A DNA stretch of 63,195 nucleotides, counting the filler, from Octopus bimaculoides (lineage: Eukaryota), in NCBI RefSeq assembly GCF_001194135.2. It is 3 parts of 3 records of this genome, joined end to end, with 100 filler letters (N's around TTAATTAATTAA, not from the genome) between each part and the next. Parts side by side here need not be neighbours in the genome. Positions count along the whole stretch, not along the records: positions 1 to 31,827 come from NC_068985.1; 2 more parts are not named here. One strand, 5' to 3'. Position numbers and translations under genes: made by a program. The notes beneath the pieces were generated by a model that worked only from the letters and a program-made list of their open reading frames with translations, did no database searches and was not told the origin of the DNA. Position 1 is the stretch's first letter. Each line of letters begins with the position of its first letter. Below, one piece after another: positions 1 to 12,760 of this stretch.

Positions 1-252
1 GGCACATAAAAGACACCATTTCGAGCGTGGCCGTTGCCAGTATCGCCTGACTGGCCTTCGTGCAGGTGACACGTAAAAGCACCTACTACACTCTCTGAGT
101 GGTTGGCATTAGGAAGGGCATCCAGCTGTAGAAACTCTGTCAAATTTAGATTGGAGCCTGGTGTTGCCATCCGGTTTCACCAGTCCTCAGTCAAGTCGTC
201 CAACCCATGCTAGCATGGAAAGCAGACGTTAAACGATGATGATGATGATGAT
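1..252 (+). mobile_element. 5'-truncated RTE LINE 3' end ('family A': tggcacgtaaaaagcacc subrepeats, aggaagggcatccagctgtagaaac motif, (GAT)n tail)
   Basis: Same sequence recurs about a dozen times in the window; copies near 40.1-41.2 kb are contiguous with an RTE ORF C-terminus; ends in (GAT)n. Confidence 0.75.
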
Positions 253-559
253 GAATGCAAGCTTTGAACAACTTGCCACCACTACTATTACAATTACACA
301 AGCCTCAATGCTCTCAATCAAAGCTCATGGTGAACTGCATATCGTTCTGAACTGCCAATTACTCACAGTTCTTCAATTTATAACAATGAGTCAGTCCACC
401 TTTAGTCACTTGGTGGCTGATCACAATCCTTCTATAACAGGATTGTAGAAGATTTTATCAGTAAAGCCGCTATCCTGTAGGACCTCATTATAATATAGGG
501 CAGCCTTTTAAAATATTTCTTGTCAGAATTTAAAAGTAAACCACAAGAAACTTAGCAAA

Positions 560-760
560 CCATTAACATCTTGTTTTCATATCTTGAATTTGTATGTTGA
601 AACTTCCATAAAGTTGATGCAGGTCCTGCAGTTAGGGCGGTTGCATTTTTGACAAGTAGAATTCTATTTTTGGTGGGTAATTTGGCACTGGTAAGAAAAC
701 CTTTTTAGAGATTTGTTGGAACTCATTTTAACAAGATTTAACAGAAAAGGGAAGGGATCA
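560..760 (-). mobile_element. Degraded Penelope-like element fragment (RT-endonuclease linker)
   Basis: Minus-strand translation gives FLTSAKLP and KCNRPNCRTC, resembling the PLE Cys-rich linker before GIY-YIG; frameshifted. Confidence 0.4.
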
Positions 761-1087
761 CTTAACAGGATTTGACTGCAATTCAGGCACATTTTCAAAC
801 TCTAAAATAAATTTTATATTTTTTCCTGTGTGGGAATTCACTTCTCTCCAACTGTCTGTGTGTTTGTCTCTCTTTCTCCTCACTTTTCTCTCTNNNNNNN
901 NNNNNNNNNNNNNNNNNNNNNNNNNNNNNNNNNNNNNNNNNNNNNNNNNNNNNNNNNNNNNNNNNNNNNNNNNNNNNNNNNNNNNNNNNNNNNNNNNNNN
1001 NNNNNNNNNNNNNNNNNNNNNNNNNNNNNNNNNNNNNNNNNNNNNNNNNNNNNNNNNNNNNNNNNNNNNNNNNNNNNNNNNNNNNNN

Positions 1088-1120
<33 letters not shown>

Positions 1121-2081
1121 AGTATAAGATTCAGAGAATCATGTGGCTATCACAGAAAACTCCTCCAACAGACTCAGCTATGAAACCCCATAGTAATTCA
1201 ATACAAAGTAGTGTAATGCAGAGTGTCCATGCAGTAGAAAAACACAATAAAATAATTATGCAGCTGTGATTTGAAAATACAGATTATGGCAGGACAGAAT
1301 GGCAGTATAGAAAATTTCAGATCTTAATTTGCAATAATCAAGTCAAATTTCACATAAATGTATTTATGTACATTGATATATCAATTAGAAAATTCATTTA
1401 AGTTGTACAGATGTGTTATGGAAAATCGACATAAATATTTTCATGTTTTTGTGTTCATGAAATAATTAATAGAGTCAAAAGTACACAGTCAGGTTATAGC
1501 AAGCTGTAAAGAGAGAAAAGGAAAACAAGTAAACAAACAAACAAATATAATGTATGTTTTTAAAACGGCAGAGGTTATCTTGTTGAGGCTAACTAAAGGA
1601 CATTGACTATGACAGCATAACCACAGTCACTGGTGTGAGAAAGATTTACTTGTGTGGTGTGAAAGTGAATGAGTCAAGCAAAAGCCAGTGATTTTGCACA
1701 AATTTTCACTTGCTTAGTCCTTTTGAGATCAAGCTGACTGAACCCACCACTGGCTCTGTGAAACAAACTCCCTGTTTTGAAATGATTTTAATTAAAACCT
1801 TCGATCAGAATTTCATGTCACTTTATGTTTCAAACACCAGTTTAATAATGACAAAGTTATTTAAATGAATTCTTTATTATTTTCAAAAGAAAAAAAAAAT
1901 GAAGACTGCATATTTCAAAAGAAATGTGATAATAAAAGGGTTAACATAGTCAAAACTAGGCTCCACTGACTACTAGTTTCAGATTAGCTAAAATAACACA
2001 TGTGATGATAGTAAATCTAAAGTAGTCATATATTTTGTTGAACATTCCAAAAATAGTTCTGACTATATGTATATATATGCA

Positions 2082-3192
2082 CAGACATGGCAGAAGTAAA
2101 TAGACACCTCATAAAACATCATTTTATGTTTATTTTAACTTGAAAAGGTTTATATTTTTTATTAATCGACTGTTTAATCATTCCATGTACAAAAGAAGCC
2201 TTAGAACTGTCTTAATTTCAAACAGGCTATATTGTGGGTCAATATGAAGATGGACTTAGTGTAAAATCACAGAACACCTTATGATTGCACTTTCTACAGT
2301 TAATAGAGTCATTGTGCCATTTTCCAGAGAGAGGAAAGAGTCCACATCACCTCACCCAGGTTGACCAGTGCCCTTTGACAGAACCCTTTGCTTTGTTAAG
2401 AGAAGTGGAGGATAATCCTCATTGCAAGGCCTCTGACATAGCAGAACAAGTTGATGTCAGTCTCAGAACAGCTGTCAGGTATCTCCACAAACTTGGTTAC
2501 TATGGCAGAGGAGCAAGAAGGAAGCTACTTCTTTGACCAACCAATATCAAGCAGAGAAAGGATTGGGCCAGTGAGATGATGGTGGAGAAGCCACTAGCAT
2601 TTTGGAATGGTCATATTCTCTGATGAATCCATATTTGCTGTATTTTCTGACAGTGGTTGAGTGTGGGTCTGGAGACTCTGTGATCAAGAATTTGACAGGA
2701 AAAGATTGCAGCCAACAATGAGATATGGCAGCTATTCTGTGATGGTCTGGGGAGTAATTTGGAGCCTTGCAATGTGAGGGAAATGTAAACTCAGATAAAT
2801 ATATGTCCAAGTTGCAGAAAAGACTCCTTCTAATCTTCTCCAGTCGTGAAATGGTTAAAACTTTATTTATGGAAGATGGGGCTCCTTGTCACAAGGCTAA
2901 AAAGACCCAAGATTGGTTGGAAGAGGATGGCATTAAAAAGCTTCCATGGCCAAGCCGGTTACCAGATAATGGGCAGGACACTTCATGAGAAGAACAAGAA
3001 AGCATCCTCAAAGCTAGATCTTTTGAGATTACTGCATGAAATTTGTCATCTGATCAGCAACATGCCCAATAGGGTCTTTGCATTGAAAAATGCAAAGGGC
3101 ATGCCTACCAAATATTAGATGTTCACATTATAATAATAAATGAATAATTCGAATGCATAATTTCAGATTTACATAAATTTCAGACATGTCTG
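2082..3192 (+). mobile_element. Decayed Tc1-family DNA transposon
   Basis: HTH region (ORF 2285-2536 ...DVSLRTAVRYLHKLGYYGRGARRK), then DES, VMVWG and FMEDGAPCH...WPS motifs across frameshifts; imperfect terminal inverted repeats cagacatgg (2082) / gacatgtctg (3192). Confidence 0.85.
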
Positions 3193-3196
3193 TGTT

Positions 3197-3490
3197 TATC
3201 ATCATCATCATCATCATTTAATGTCTGTTCTCCATGATGGTGTGGGCTGGACGGTTTGATTGGGCTGGCACCCTGGAAGGCTGCAGCAGATTCCAGTCTG
3301 ATTTGGCATGGCTTTCTACAGCTGGATACCCTTTCTAATGCTAACCACTCTGAGAGTGTAAAGGGTGCTATTATGTGCCACTGGTATGGGGGCCGTTTGC
3401 GTGACACTGGGTTGCTTTTACGTGCCACCAGCACAGGTGCCCTTTTTGTGTGACACTGGTATCTGCCACGACTGAGATTTTGCTTGGCTT
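3197..3490 (-). mobile_element. Family A RTE 3' end copy
   Basis: (ATC)n tail followed by reverse complement of the family A core. Confidence 0.75.
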
Positions 3491-3758
3491 GATGTATATA
3501 TATATATATATATAAATTGAGGATATAATCATTAAAATGATTATATCAGTGACCAGTGTATAGAAACCACCATATTGGTAAAATTAATATTTTACTATAT
3601 AATTATAAATATATAATTATAGTTAAGGGTGCTGGAAGGACAATGTCAACATGCTAGAAATAGACATTTGACATCTACTTCTAGTGTACTGGTGTTGTCC
3701 CTCCAGCGCTCTTAATTATGATTATATATTTATGAATATATACTTAAATATATATATA

Positions 3759-4102
3759 TCATCATCATCGTTTAACGTCCGCTTTCCATGCTAGCATGGG
3801 TTGGACGATTTGACTGAGGACTGGTGAAACCGGATGGCAACACCAGACTCCAATCTAATTTGGCAGAGTTTCTACAGCTGGGCCTACCTCTTCCACGGGT
3901 TCCCTCAACTGTTAGGGTGTGGCACTTTTTCACGCAGCTATCCTCATCCATTCTCACCACATGTCCATACCAGCACAATCGTCTCTCTTGCACACCACAA
4001 CTGATGCTTCTAATGTTCAGCTTTTCTCTCAAGATACTTACACTCTGACGGGTATTCACATTGACATTACACATCCAACGGAGCATACTGGCTTCATTCC
4101 TT
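3759..4102 (-). mobile_element. RTE LINE fragment: ORF C-terminal region fused to distal 3' UTR
   Basis: RNEASMLRWMCNV...ERRLCWYGHVVRMDEDSCVKKC...EGTRGRGRP is typical RTE post-RT sequence; continues into family A tail and (GAT)n. Confidence 0.85.
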
Positions 4103-4714
4103 NNNNNNNNNNNNNNNNNNNNNNNNNNNNNNNNNNNNNNNNNNNNNNNNNNNNNNNNNNNNNNNNNNNNNNNNNNNNNNNNNNNNNNNNNNNNNNNNNN
4201 NNNNNNNNNNNNNNNNNNNNNNNNNNNNNNNNNNNNNNNNNNNNNNNNNNNNNNNNNNNNNNNNNNNNNNNNNNNNNNNNNNNNNNNNNNNNNNNNNNNN
4301 NNNNNNNNNNNNNNNNNNNNNNNNNNNNNNNNNNNNNNNNNNNNNNNNNNNNNNNNNNNNNNNNNNNNNNNNNNNNNNNNNNNNNNNNNNNNNNNNNNNN
4401 NNNNNNNNNNNNNNNNNNNNNNNNNNNNNNNNNNNNNNNNNNNNNNNNNNNNNNNNNNNNNNNNNNNNNNNNNNNNNNNNNNNNNNNNNNNNNNNNNNNN
4501 NNNNNNNNNNNNNNNNNNNNNNNNNNNNNNNNNNNNNNNNNNNNNNNNNNNNNNNNNNNNNNNNNNNTATATATATACACACACACACACATACATGCGC
4601 GCACGCACACACACACACACCCACACACACACACACACTCTGGATGGGCCAAAAGTCACGCACCAAAACATTTGTCATTTTATATTATTATTATTCTTTT
4701 ATTTGTTTCTGTAA

Positions 4715-4972
4715 TTTGACTGCAGCCATGCTGGAGAACCGCCTTTAGTTGAGCCAATCGACCCCAGGACTTATTTTTTGGAAGCCTAGTACTTATTCTA
4801 TCAGTCTCTTTTGCTGAACCACTAAGTTACGGGGACGTAAACACACTAGCATCGGTTGTCAAGCGATACTGGGGGTAACAAACACAGACACACAAACACA
4901 TACATACATACATACATATATGTACGTGGTTGGTAAGCAAGCTACTTGCCACACAGTCACTCCTGCACCTAT
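4715..4972 (-). mobile_element. tRNA-derived SINE ('family B'), internally deleted copy
   Basis: Matches 5' and 3' parts of the near full-length copy at 44381-44780. Confidence 0.75.
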
Positions 4973-4987
4973 ATATTATTATTATTA

Positions 4988-5043
<56 letters not shown>

Positions 5044-5815
5044 TTTTTTTTTTTTTTCATACAAGTATACGAAGTTTGAAAGTGTTTCGGTACCAAAGAC
5101 ACTACATAAAACATAAATGAAAAATGTTGCCCGTCAAACCAAAAAGATCCAAAATGCATATTGTAAATAATTATATTCGAATTATCGCTCAATTAACACA
5201 TTAAAATTAAAATTAAATTTACACTGCATTGAATAAAAAATAAACAGTATATACGTATACTAGACTATCTACAACATACATATATACATCAAAATACACA
5301 GATGCATACGTACAGGTAATATACGTATATAGGTATATATTTGTAAGACATGCACGAATACACATGTATACATGTATGCATGCAATCATGCCCTCATTCG
5401 AAAATGATTAGACGTTGGAACAGGATAGTGTATCTTAAACTTATGGAGTGGGGAAGTAAGGGGTGGAGACGAGTAACATATAGATAAAGGACGTTACTAA
5501 TGCAGAAAGGGAGAAAGCATGGTTTTCGTGAGGAAAGGAAGAAAGCAAGAAAGAAAGAAAGAAAGCATGAAAGAAAGAAAGAGAGAAAAAAAGAAGGTAG
5601 TGGAGCGTATATAACAAACGCCCACAAAATTGGATGACGTATATATGTGTATACAAAAATGTATATTAGCATGACGTATACAGATATATAGGGATATGTA
5701 CGCGAATACACACAAATATAATTGTATACATGCATACGCACACATTCAAGCATGTATGTGTATAAGCATGAGCGCACATTCTCATATGTACCATAGACGC
5801 ACACACACGAATAGG

Positions 5816-6755
5816 TACTACTCAAGCAGAGCGGACCCGAACGCGCTGTCGCGCGTCCGCGCTAGCTAGTCGTGAGTGGTCGATCCTACGAAAAGTGCGC
5901 GCGAGCGCGCGTGCAAATGAATACATGTGTGCGCATGCAAATTAGTAAATAATTTCTTTTAAACAAAGTAAATAATTTTTTTTAAATGACTTTTTTCTTT
6001 TCTAAACAACGTAGATAGGTAGAAGGAATAAAAATAACACACTATCTGTTTTTGTTAACTTCATACATTTTTTTTCTTTTAATTAAATTTTGTGAACAAA
6101 ATAATTTTTATTTTCTAAACAACGTAAATAAATTTTAAAAAAGGTGCACATTGGGATTAGACACTGAGGGAAACTTGATATGCTAGAAATAACAGCTAAA
6201 CGCAAAAAGAAAAAAAAAACTGTAACCTTTACTTTTCTGAAATCACTGTGGATATATTTCGGCTATGTGCTTGATAAATGNNNNNNNNNNTACTACTCAA
6301 GCAGAGCGGACCCGAACGCGCTGTCGCGCGTCCGCGCTAGCTAGTCGTGAGTGGTCGATCCTACGAAAAGTGCGCGCGAGCGCGCGTGCAAATGAATACA
6401 TGTGTGCGCATGCAAATTAGTAAATAATTTCTTTTAAACAAAGTAAATAATTTTTTTTAAATGACTTTTTTCTTTTCTAAACAACGTAGATAGGTAGAAG
6501 GAATAAAAATAACACACTATCTGTTTTTGTTAACTTCATACATTTTTTTTCTTTTAATTAAATTTTGTGAACAAAATAATTTTTATTTTCTAAACAACGT
6601 AAATAAATTTTAAAAAAGGTGCACATTGGGATTAGACACTGAGGGAAACTTGATATGCTAGAAATAACAGCTAAACGCAAAAAGAAAAAAAAAACTGTAA
6701 CCTTTACTTTTCTGAAATCACTGTGGATATATTTCGGCTATGTGCTTGATAAATG
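5816..6755. other. 465-bp direct duplication (5816-6280 = 6291-6755) across a 10-N gap; probable assembly overlap artefact
   Basis: Copies appear identical by eye and abut the gap exactly. Confidence 0.85.
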
Positions 6756-6770
6756 TCAGCAGATAATATT

Positions 6771-6960
6771 AGCTTCATTTCTTTCAAGCCTATGCATGTC
6801 CTCAGTAGTCACAGCCCATGTTTCACTGTTGCGTAGCATGGCAGTTCGCACAGATGCATCATACAGTCTACCTTTTATCCTGAGCGAGAGGCCCTTAGTT
6901 GCCAGCAGAGCTTTCTGAACTTCGCCCAGGCTATTCTTATTCTAGCCGCTACGCTCTCAT
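6771..6960 (-). mobile_element. RTE LINE fragment (post-RT region)
   Basis: Minus translation ESVAARIRIAWAKFRK...GLSLRIKGRLYDASVRTAML...SETWAVTTEDMHRLERNEA; same family as 3759-4102. Confidence 0.85.
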
Positions 6961-7639
6961 ATTAAGGGCATAACTACATGTAAATGCCTCATGCTATGAG
7001 TGACTCTCAAAGTCAAAACTACCATCATAGATATACAGTGTACCGACAGTGAGGGAATGCAACTTGGAAGTCGTCTCCTAAAAACAGATTCAGCTGCAAA
7101 TCATACGATTTCATAGTTTGTGTACCTAATCCACTTCCTAATCATCGGTGTAGGCAGTTTTCATGCTGACTACTTGATAAATTCCTATATAGATTTTATC
7201 CAATATTTAATTATACATACACACACACACACANNNNNNNNNNTATATATGTATTTATGTATGTATGTATGTATGTTATATATATTATTTATATTTTGTC
7301 ATATGAAGCAAACTGCTTAAAAGCATTTTGAAGTATTTATATTTACTTTAAGTGATATATTTAACCAAACAGGTGTCAGAAAGGATTTGTAATGAAAATA
7401 TACAAAAATATGTTTACTTTTGTGTGTGTATGTATACACTTGCATATGCCTTATGTGAGCATGTGTGCATGCAAATATAAATAAAGTAATAAATAATGAG
7501 AGGCATATAGTATGAAAAAATTTATTTAATTGTTGGAAATTCTTATATAATGACTATTGCTTCATAACTTAATAGAACATGTATAGATAATTTCAGTGTA
7601 ATATTCTGATATGTCACAGCTGCAGTTTCAGTTTAGGTA

Positions 7640-7900
7640 GCCTTAATACAATCGTTCAGTTCTTATAAACTCTGGAACAAATGAAGTATAACTTTATTTT
7701 GGCATATCCTCCTAAGAAGAAATCACAGGCAAAATATTTGGGAAGATAGCAGACTATATAGTATAGCTGTGGATTCCTCAGCTGTTCATCCTTCTGGAGG
7801 TTTCTTATTGAACTAATTGCAAATTGCAACTGCCTTTCCACCATCGTGCATGAAGATTAGTTCTTCTTCAAGACCAAACTGATTAACCTTTAGCTAAAAC
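7640..7900 (-). mobile_element. Degraded Tc1/mariner (maT/DD37D-like) transposase C-terminal fragment
   Basis: LIFMHDG and CDFFLGGYAKIKLY resemble FQQDG and CDFFLWGYLKSKVY motifs. Confidence 0.5.
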
Positions 7901-8449
7901 TGTGATATAACAAAATCCTCTATCCAATGAAACAAAACTGCACTTTTCACACATTCTTTCATCATGAAGATATTCACAGTAAAAGAAATCTTTCAAACCT
8001 TAAGAACTGCTTTTGTAATGATTGTTTGAGTAAAGCAAGCATCTTCCAGCAGACAGTCAAGAAATAACCAGTGATGACTTCTTTTGAAGCAGATTATTGA
8101 CTTGTGTTAATTGATGAAATGATCACTAAGGCATAATCAAAAATTCAAAGTGATTAATAAGTAAATTATATGTTAAATTGCTAATAACTTGAAAATTCAC
8201 TTTTGGACTATTTCAGACAATTTTGAAAGCAAATCTTAGCAAAATGTTTTCCAAGGATGTTGATTAATGGTCAAATGTTTTTTTTCTAGCGAAGAGTGTG
8301 GGAGTCTGAAAAGAAGACATGAAATCTATTATTAATTTTATTATTACAGTTGTTGAATTTGGACTGAATAGTTACAATTTATGAAGCAAAATGTCAGACG
8401 TCCTAAAAAATGTGATAGCAGCCTTGATTAAACGCAAAGACAATCTTCT

Positions 8450-8709
8450 CTCTTTTATCTTTTACTTGTTTCAGACATTAGACTGTGGCCATGCTGGGGC
8501 ACTGTCTTGAAGAATTTTAGTTAAATGGATTGACACCAGCACCTATTTCTTGTATGCCTGGCACTTATTCTATCAGTCTCTTTTAGCTGAACTGTTAATG
8601 TTAGGGGAAAGAAAAGCACCACCATCAGTTGTCAAGCAGCTGTGGGAGACAAACAGGTACAAAGGCACACACAAACGGGTGCACACACACAAATGTGCAC
8701 ATTCATGTG

Positions 8710-8759
<50 letters not shown>

Positions 8760-8930
8760 AGGTTTCTTACAGTTTCCATCTACTAAATCCATTCACAAAG
8801 GGCTTTGGTTTATCTGAGGCTATAATAGAAGACATTTGCCCAAGGTGCCATGTAATGACATGCAGTGGGACTGAACCTGGAATCATGTGGTTGGGAAGCA
8901 AACTTCTTACCATGCAGTCATGCCTGCGCC
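8450..8930 (-). mobile_element. Family B tRNA-derived SINE with internal (CA)n
   Basis: Reverse complement of family B consensus seen at 44381-44780. Confidence 0.8.
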
Positions 8931-10004
8931 TTTGTTGGTAATATTTTGCTTGATGTTTGAGATATTGTTTGTCCAGAATTTATACATCTTATCAGATAGT
9001 TAATCAGATATTATACAAGCAATATGAGTTACTTGAAGGAGAAATATGGAAAATTCTACTTTGACCAAATGATTAATTTCTCTTTGCATTAATATGAGTT
9101 TTTTTTTTTTGAAGAAAGAAAATTCTTTCAATATTTACTCACTGCATTCACCAAACATTGTCACATTTTTCTGTTCACAAAAATGAAAACAAATTTGAAA
9201 GGCAAAACATTGCAACCCTCATCTCTATACAAAAGCAGAACTTTCAGAAAAAGTAGAATAATGATATGCATAAAACTTATATGAAGTCAGTGGAGCCTTT
9301 ACTCTAATTTCTTTTCAGCTTCATAACATTAATATGGTATACATTCATTAAGAAATACTACCCATCCGTTACTACATATAAAAGAAATGTAGATGATCCT
9401 TAATTTTGGATATTTTGAAAGGAAGTAATTGATGTAGAAATCAAATAATAAAAGCTGAACAGTCATGCATTACTTATATTGAATGCACATATAATAGCAT
9501 TTTATTCAAGTATAGCAGTTGATTGAAAAACTTCAATCAACTAAGATCATCCAAGTAATTTAATGGGCCAAAACTCAATCTAGACTTAAAAAAAAGAATC
9601 TAAAAACATTAAAGAAGGTAACTCCAATAAGGTCAGCTGACTTAAAATTTTTGGACAATAGAAACAGGAATAGAACTACTTTAAAGCCTATTGGCGAAAG
9701 CACAAGACATACTTTAGTCTCATTGGACTACCTCAGCAAGGTTGGTCAGAGTTAGAGCAATAGACCTGTATAAGTACAGGTATATCAGATACTATACAAC
9801 ATAAATTCTTGATTTATTAAAATTATCTCCACTGCTAGCTGATGTGTTATAATTACCAAATGGCAATCAAATTCAGCCCCACTTGGAAAGGGAGATAATT
9901 TCAAGAATCAAAAAATCTTGCCCCATTTTTGTATTTTTTATATATCATCATCATCATTAATATATTCACAATTATAACTAATGGCTGTATACTTTGTAGG
10001 TGCA

Positions 10005-10150
10005 AGCATGACTGTCAAGTTAAGAATCTTGCTTCCAAGTCACATGGTTTCAGGTTCAGTCTCACTGTGTGGCACTTTGAGTAAATGTCTTCTGCTATAG
10101 CCCTGGACCAGCCAAAGCCTTGTAAGTGGATTTGGTAGACAAAAACTGAA
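10005..10150 (+). mobile_element. Family B SINE 5' part
   Basis: tRNA-like head and ccttgtaagtggatttggtagac segment followed by (TG)n. Confidence 0.7.
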
Positions 10151-10158
10151 AGAAATCC

Positions 10159-10209
<51 letters not shown>

Positions 10210-10514
10210 ATATATATACATACACATGTATTATATATGTATTTACAAATGTGTGCATATATGTATGTGTATAAATAGTATGTGTTTACATTCCTTTGTC
10301 TTAACATTGTGTAGTAATTATAAATGAGTGTTGCTGGCATTCATTTCCAGTATTCTGTGAGAACATATCTGGTCATGGGAAAGTGTTAGTTTGCTTGGAA
10401 ACAGTTGAGAGTTGATGTCAAGAAAGGCTCCCAACAGTAGAAAATCTGCCTCAACAAACTGTGTGTCCTACGTAAGCATGGAAAAGTGGGCCTCAAAATG
10501 ATCATGATGAGGAT

Positions 10515-10930
10515 AGTAGTAGGCATCCATCGGCCTTGAGAGACCATGGATTCGCACCAGAAGAAATTGTGTCAGCTGCTGATGGTGGTGCAGCATCTGC
10601 TGTAGCTGTGCAGGCCCACATGGGAGTGGCAATCATGCATACAGCAACTGCATTTGAAGGAGCTCTCTACTGGCACTACTGGTTTTTCCTTTCATTGAGT
10701 GCACTTTACTATGGTGGCAAGTTCCTGTTTCTCTTCCCCTCACTTTGTCCCTTTCTGCAGTATTTGTTTCCATCACGAGCAATCATTTGCAACCTCCTCC
10801 CATCTCAGGTCATCCAGATCTATTGACTTCATATCTCTCTTGCAGATGTCCTGTCTGGAGCAGAGGCTTCAAGTTTCACCTATAAATAGTAATCGTGGTG
10901 GCTGGTCATTTTTCTGTTTACCCAGATAAT
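10515..10930 (-). mobile_element. RTE-clade LINE 3' end with C-terminal zinc knuckle (different family from A)
   Basis: Minus translation DICKRDMKSIDLDDLRWEEVAND..WKQILQKG and FKCSCCMHDCHSHVGLHSY; in-frame stops. Confidence 0.75.
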
Positions 10931-12144
10931 GAGGCTATTTTTTGTGTAATCTTAAAAGTTTTTGACTGCACGGATATCTGAAACTAGATCGTTCTAAAAA
11001 TGTGACTTTTGCTCAGATGTTTACTTTTGAGACAGTCAGGGTAAAGGAAACAGAGTGTGAAAATAGTAGAATAGTAGTGTATATAAAAACTGATATTGCG
11101 ACGGCAATGGAGCTTTTATCCTCATTTCTATCAAAGGAAAAAGCATTAAAATATTCCCCATTCATTAGTAATTTGAAGAATGTAGATTATCTTCAATATA
11201 AGCTATTTTGATCTGAATTCATTGTTGAAAAAATTGGAAACACTAATATGAACTTAAAACTTTTCTTCCATAAGAACAAATACAAAATTATAATTTGTAT
11301 GATTCTCCCTGGAATGAGATAGAAGTTGTTTCCTGTTTGTTTACAGTGTTTNNNNNNNNNNNNNNNNNNNNNNNNNNNNNNNNNNNNNNNNNNNNNNNNN
11401 NNNNNNNNNNNNNNNNNNNNNNNNNNNNNNNNNNNNNNNNNNNNNNNNNNNAAAGATGGGCTACAGCAAATATTCTGCTCAATACCACAAATTTGCTTGT
11501 CCCTTTGTGGCTGATGATATGTGCATCTCTGATCATGAGCAGAAATAGTTGGGGAGCATCATAGTCATGTGTTGAGAGGAATTCTTTGGGGTTTGGATAA
11601 TTCACCTTTGGAAACATGGGTGTTTTGTTCAACATCCTTAAACAACCCTTATTCAGGGACCATTTGAGCAGGATGGGCTACTCAACCCAAAGAAAATCAA
11701 ACTGGGCCCCACCTGCAAGGTCATGCGCTGTTTATCTTGACATGAGATCACTATGTTGCACACATATGGTTGTGATGCATGTGCCTGGTGTACCCCTATC
11801 AGGTGGGTAGTCATAATGGATATGCTGGGCTTCATATATTTTACCCCAGTATCACTTTGATGGCAAGTGAATTTTGTGACCCGGTAACAACAGGATCAAA
11901 GAGAAAGAAGAAAAAAAATGAACATCTATGACGATTTGAAAGGGGAAATACAAAGATTGTGGTCAATGAGGAGAGTAGACACACTAGCGTAGCTAGAGGT
12001 GGGGTGGTAGGGGTGGTGCATCCCAGGCAGCACTTTTCATCTTGTTGAAGGCTATTGCTATTGACAACAGTGTTTTTGTGGGGTCCGGTGGCGGTAAATG
12101 GAAGGGCCGCCTCCGGGCGGCACACACTCTAGCTATGCTAGTGA

Positions 12145-12410
12145 GTAGACGTGGTACCAATTGTACTTGGCACACTTGGAAGTATCAACACTCAACTACC
12201 TACATGGCTCAAAAAGATTGGTACAAATGTGAAGGTAGAACACCAACAAAAAACAGCATTGCTTGGTACTGCAAGAATTATTCTCGGGGTTCTTGAAGCA
12301 TGACCAGTAAAAAAGTGTCACCTTAGTCTGCTGGCTGTGGGCAGCTGATATTTTCCATCATACCTAACAAAATAAGCTGTGAGTTTTCATGTAATAATGA
12401 TAATAATTAT
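12145..12410 (+). mobile_element. R4/Dong-type non-LTR retrotransposon 3' end
   Basis: VDVVPIVLGTLGSINTQLPTWLKKIG...QKTALLGTARI is the R4/Dong C-terminal motif; ends in (TAA)n-like tail. Confidence 0.75.
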
Positions 12411-12439
12411 ACTTTCTACTATAGGCAGATTTCAAAGTG

Positions 12440-12760
12440 GAATGAAATGAAGAGGTCAGGTGAGCCTATGGGGATGAAGTAAACTGGAAGGAAAGAGTCA
12501 GTGATGTCAATGGCTAAGGAATCCTACCGGAAGAGGAAGAGTGAGTGAAGAATTGGGCGGAAGTAGGACCAGCGCAGCTCTCTTTGACCCCAGGCAGCGG
12601 GAGTGAACGGATGCATGTAGACGTGTGAGCTAGAAAAGAGATTAGCGGCAGGTTCTAGCGATAGGTCAGACAGGGAGAGCACCTCTCAGATTTACCCCAG
12701 TTGGATAGTCGACACTGAAAGGTAGATGAATCGCATTTTGTTCCTCATATTACAGTTCCC
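12440..12760 (-). mobile_element. Highly degraded CR1/L2-like LINE 3' remnant
   Basis: Pyrimidine-rich minus strand with faint SLF..Y..C..LLPP..SH pattern. Confidence 0.3.

Noticed and set aside
1475-1545. Strong minus-strand acceptor with short CYNLTVYF* frame
   Set aside because: Only nine codons and no linked exon
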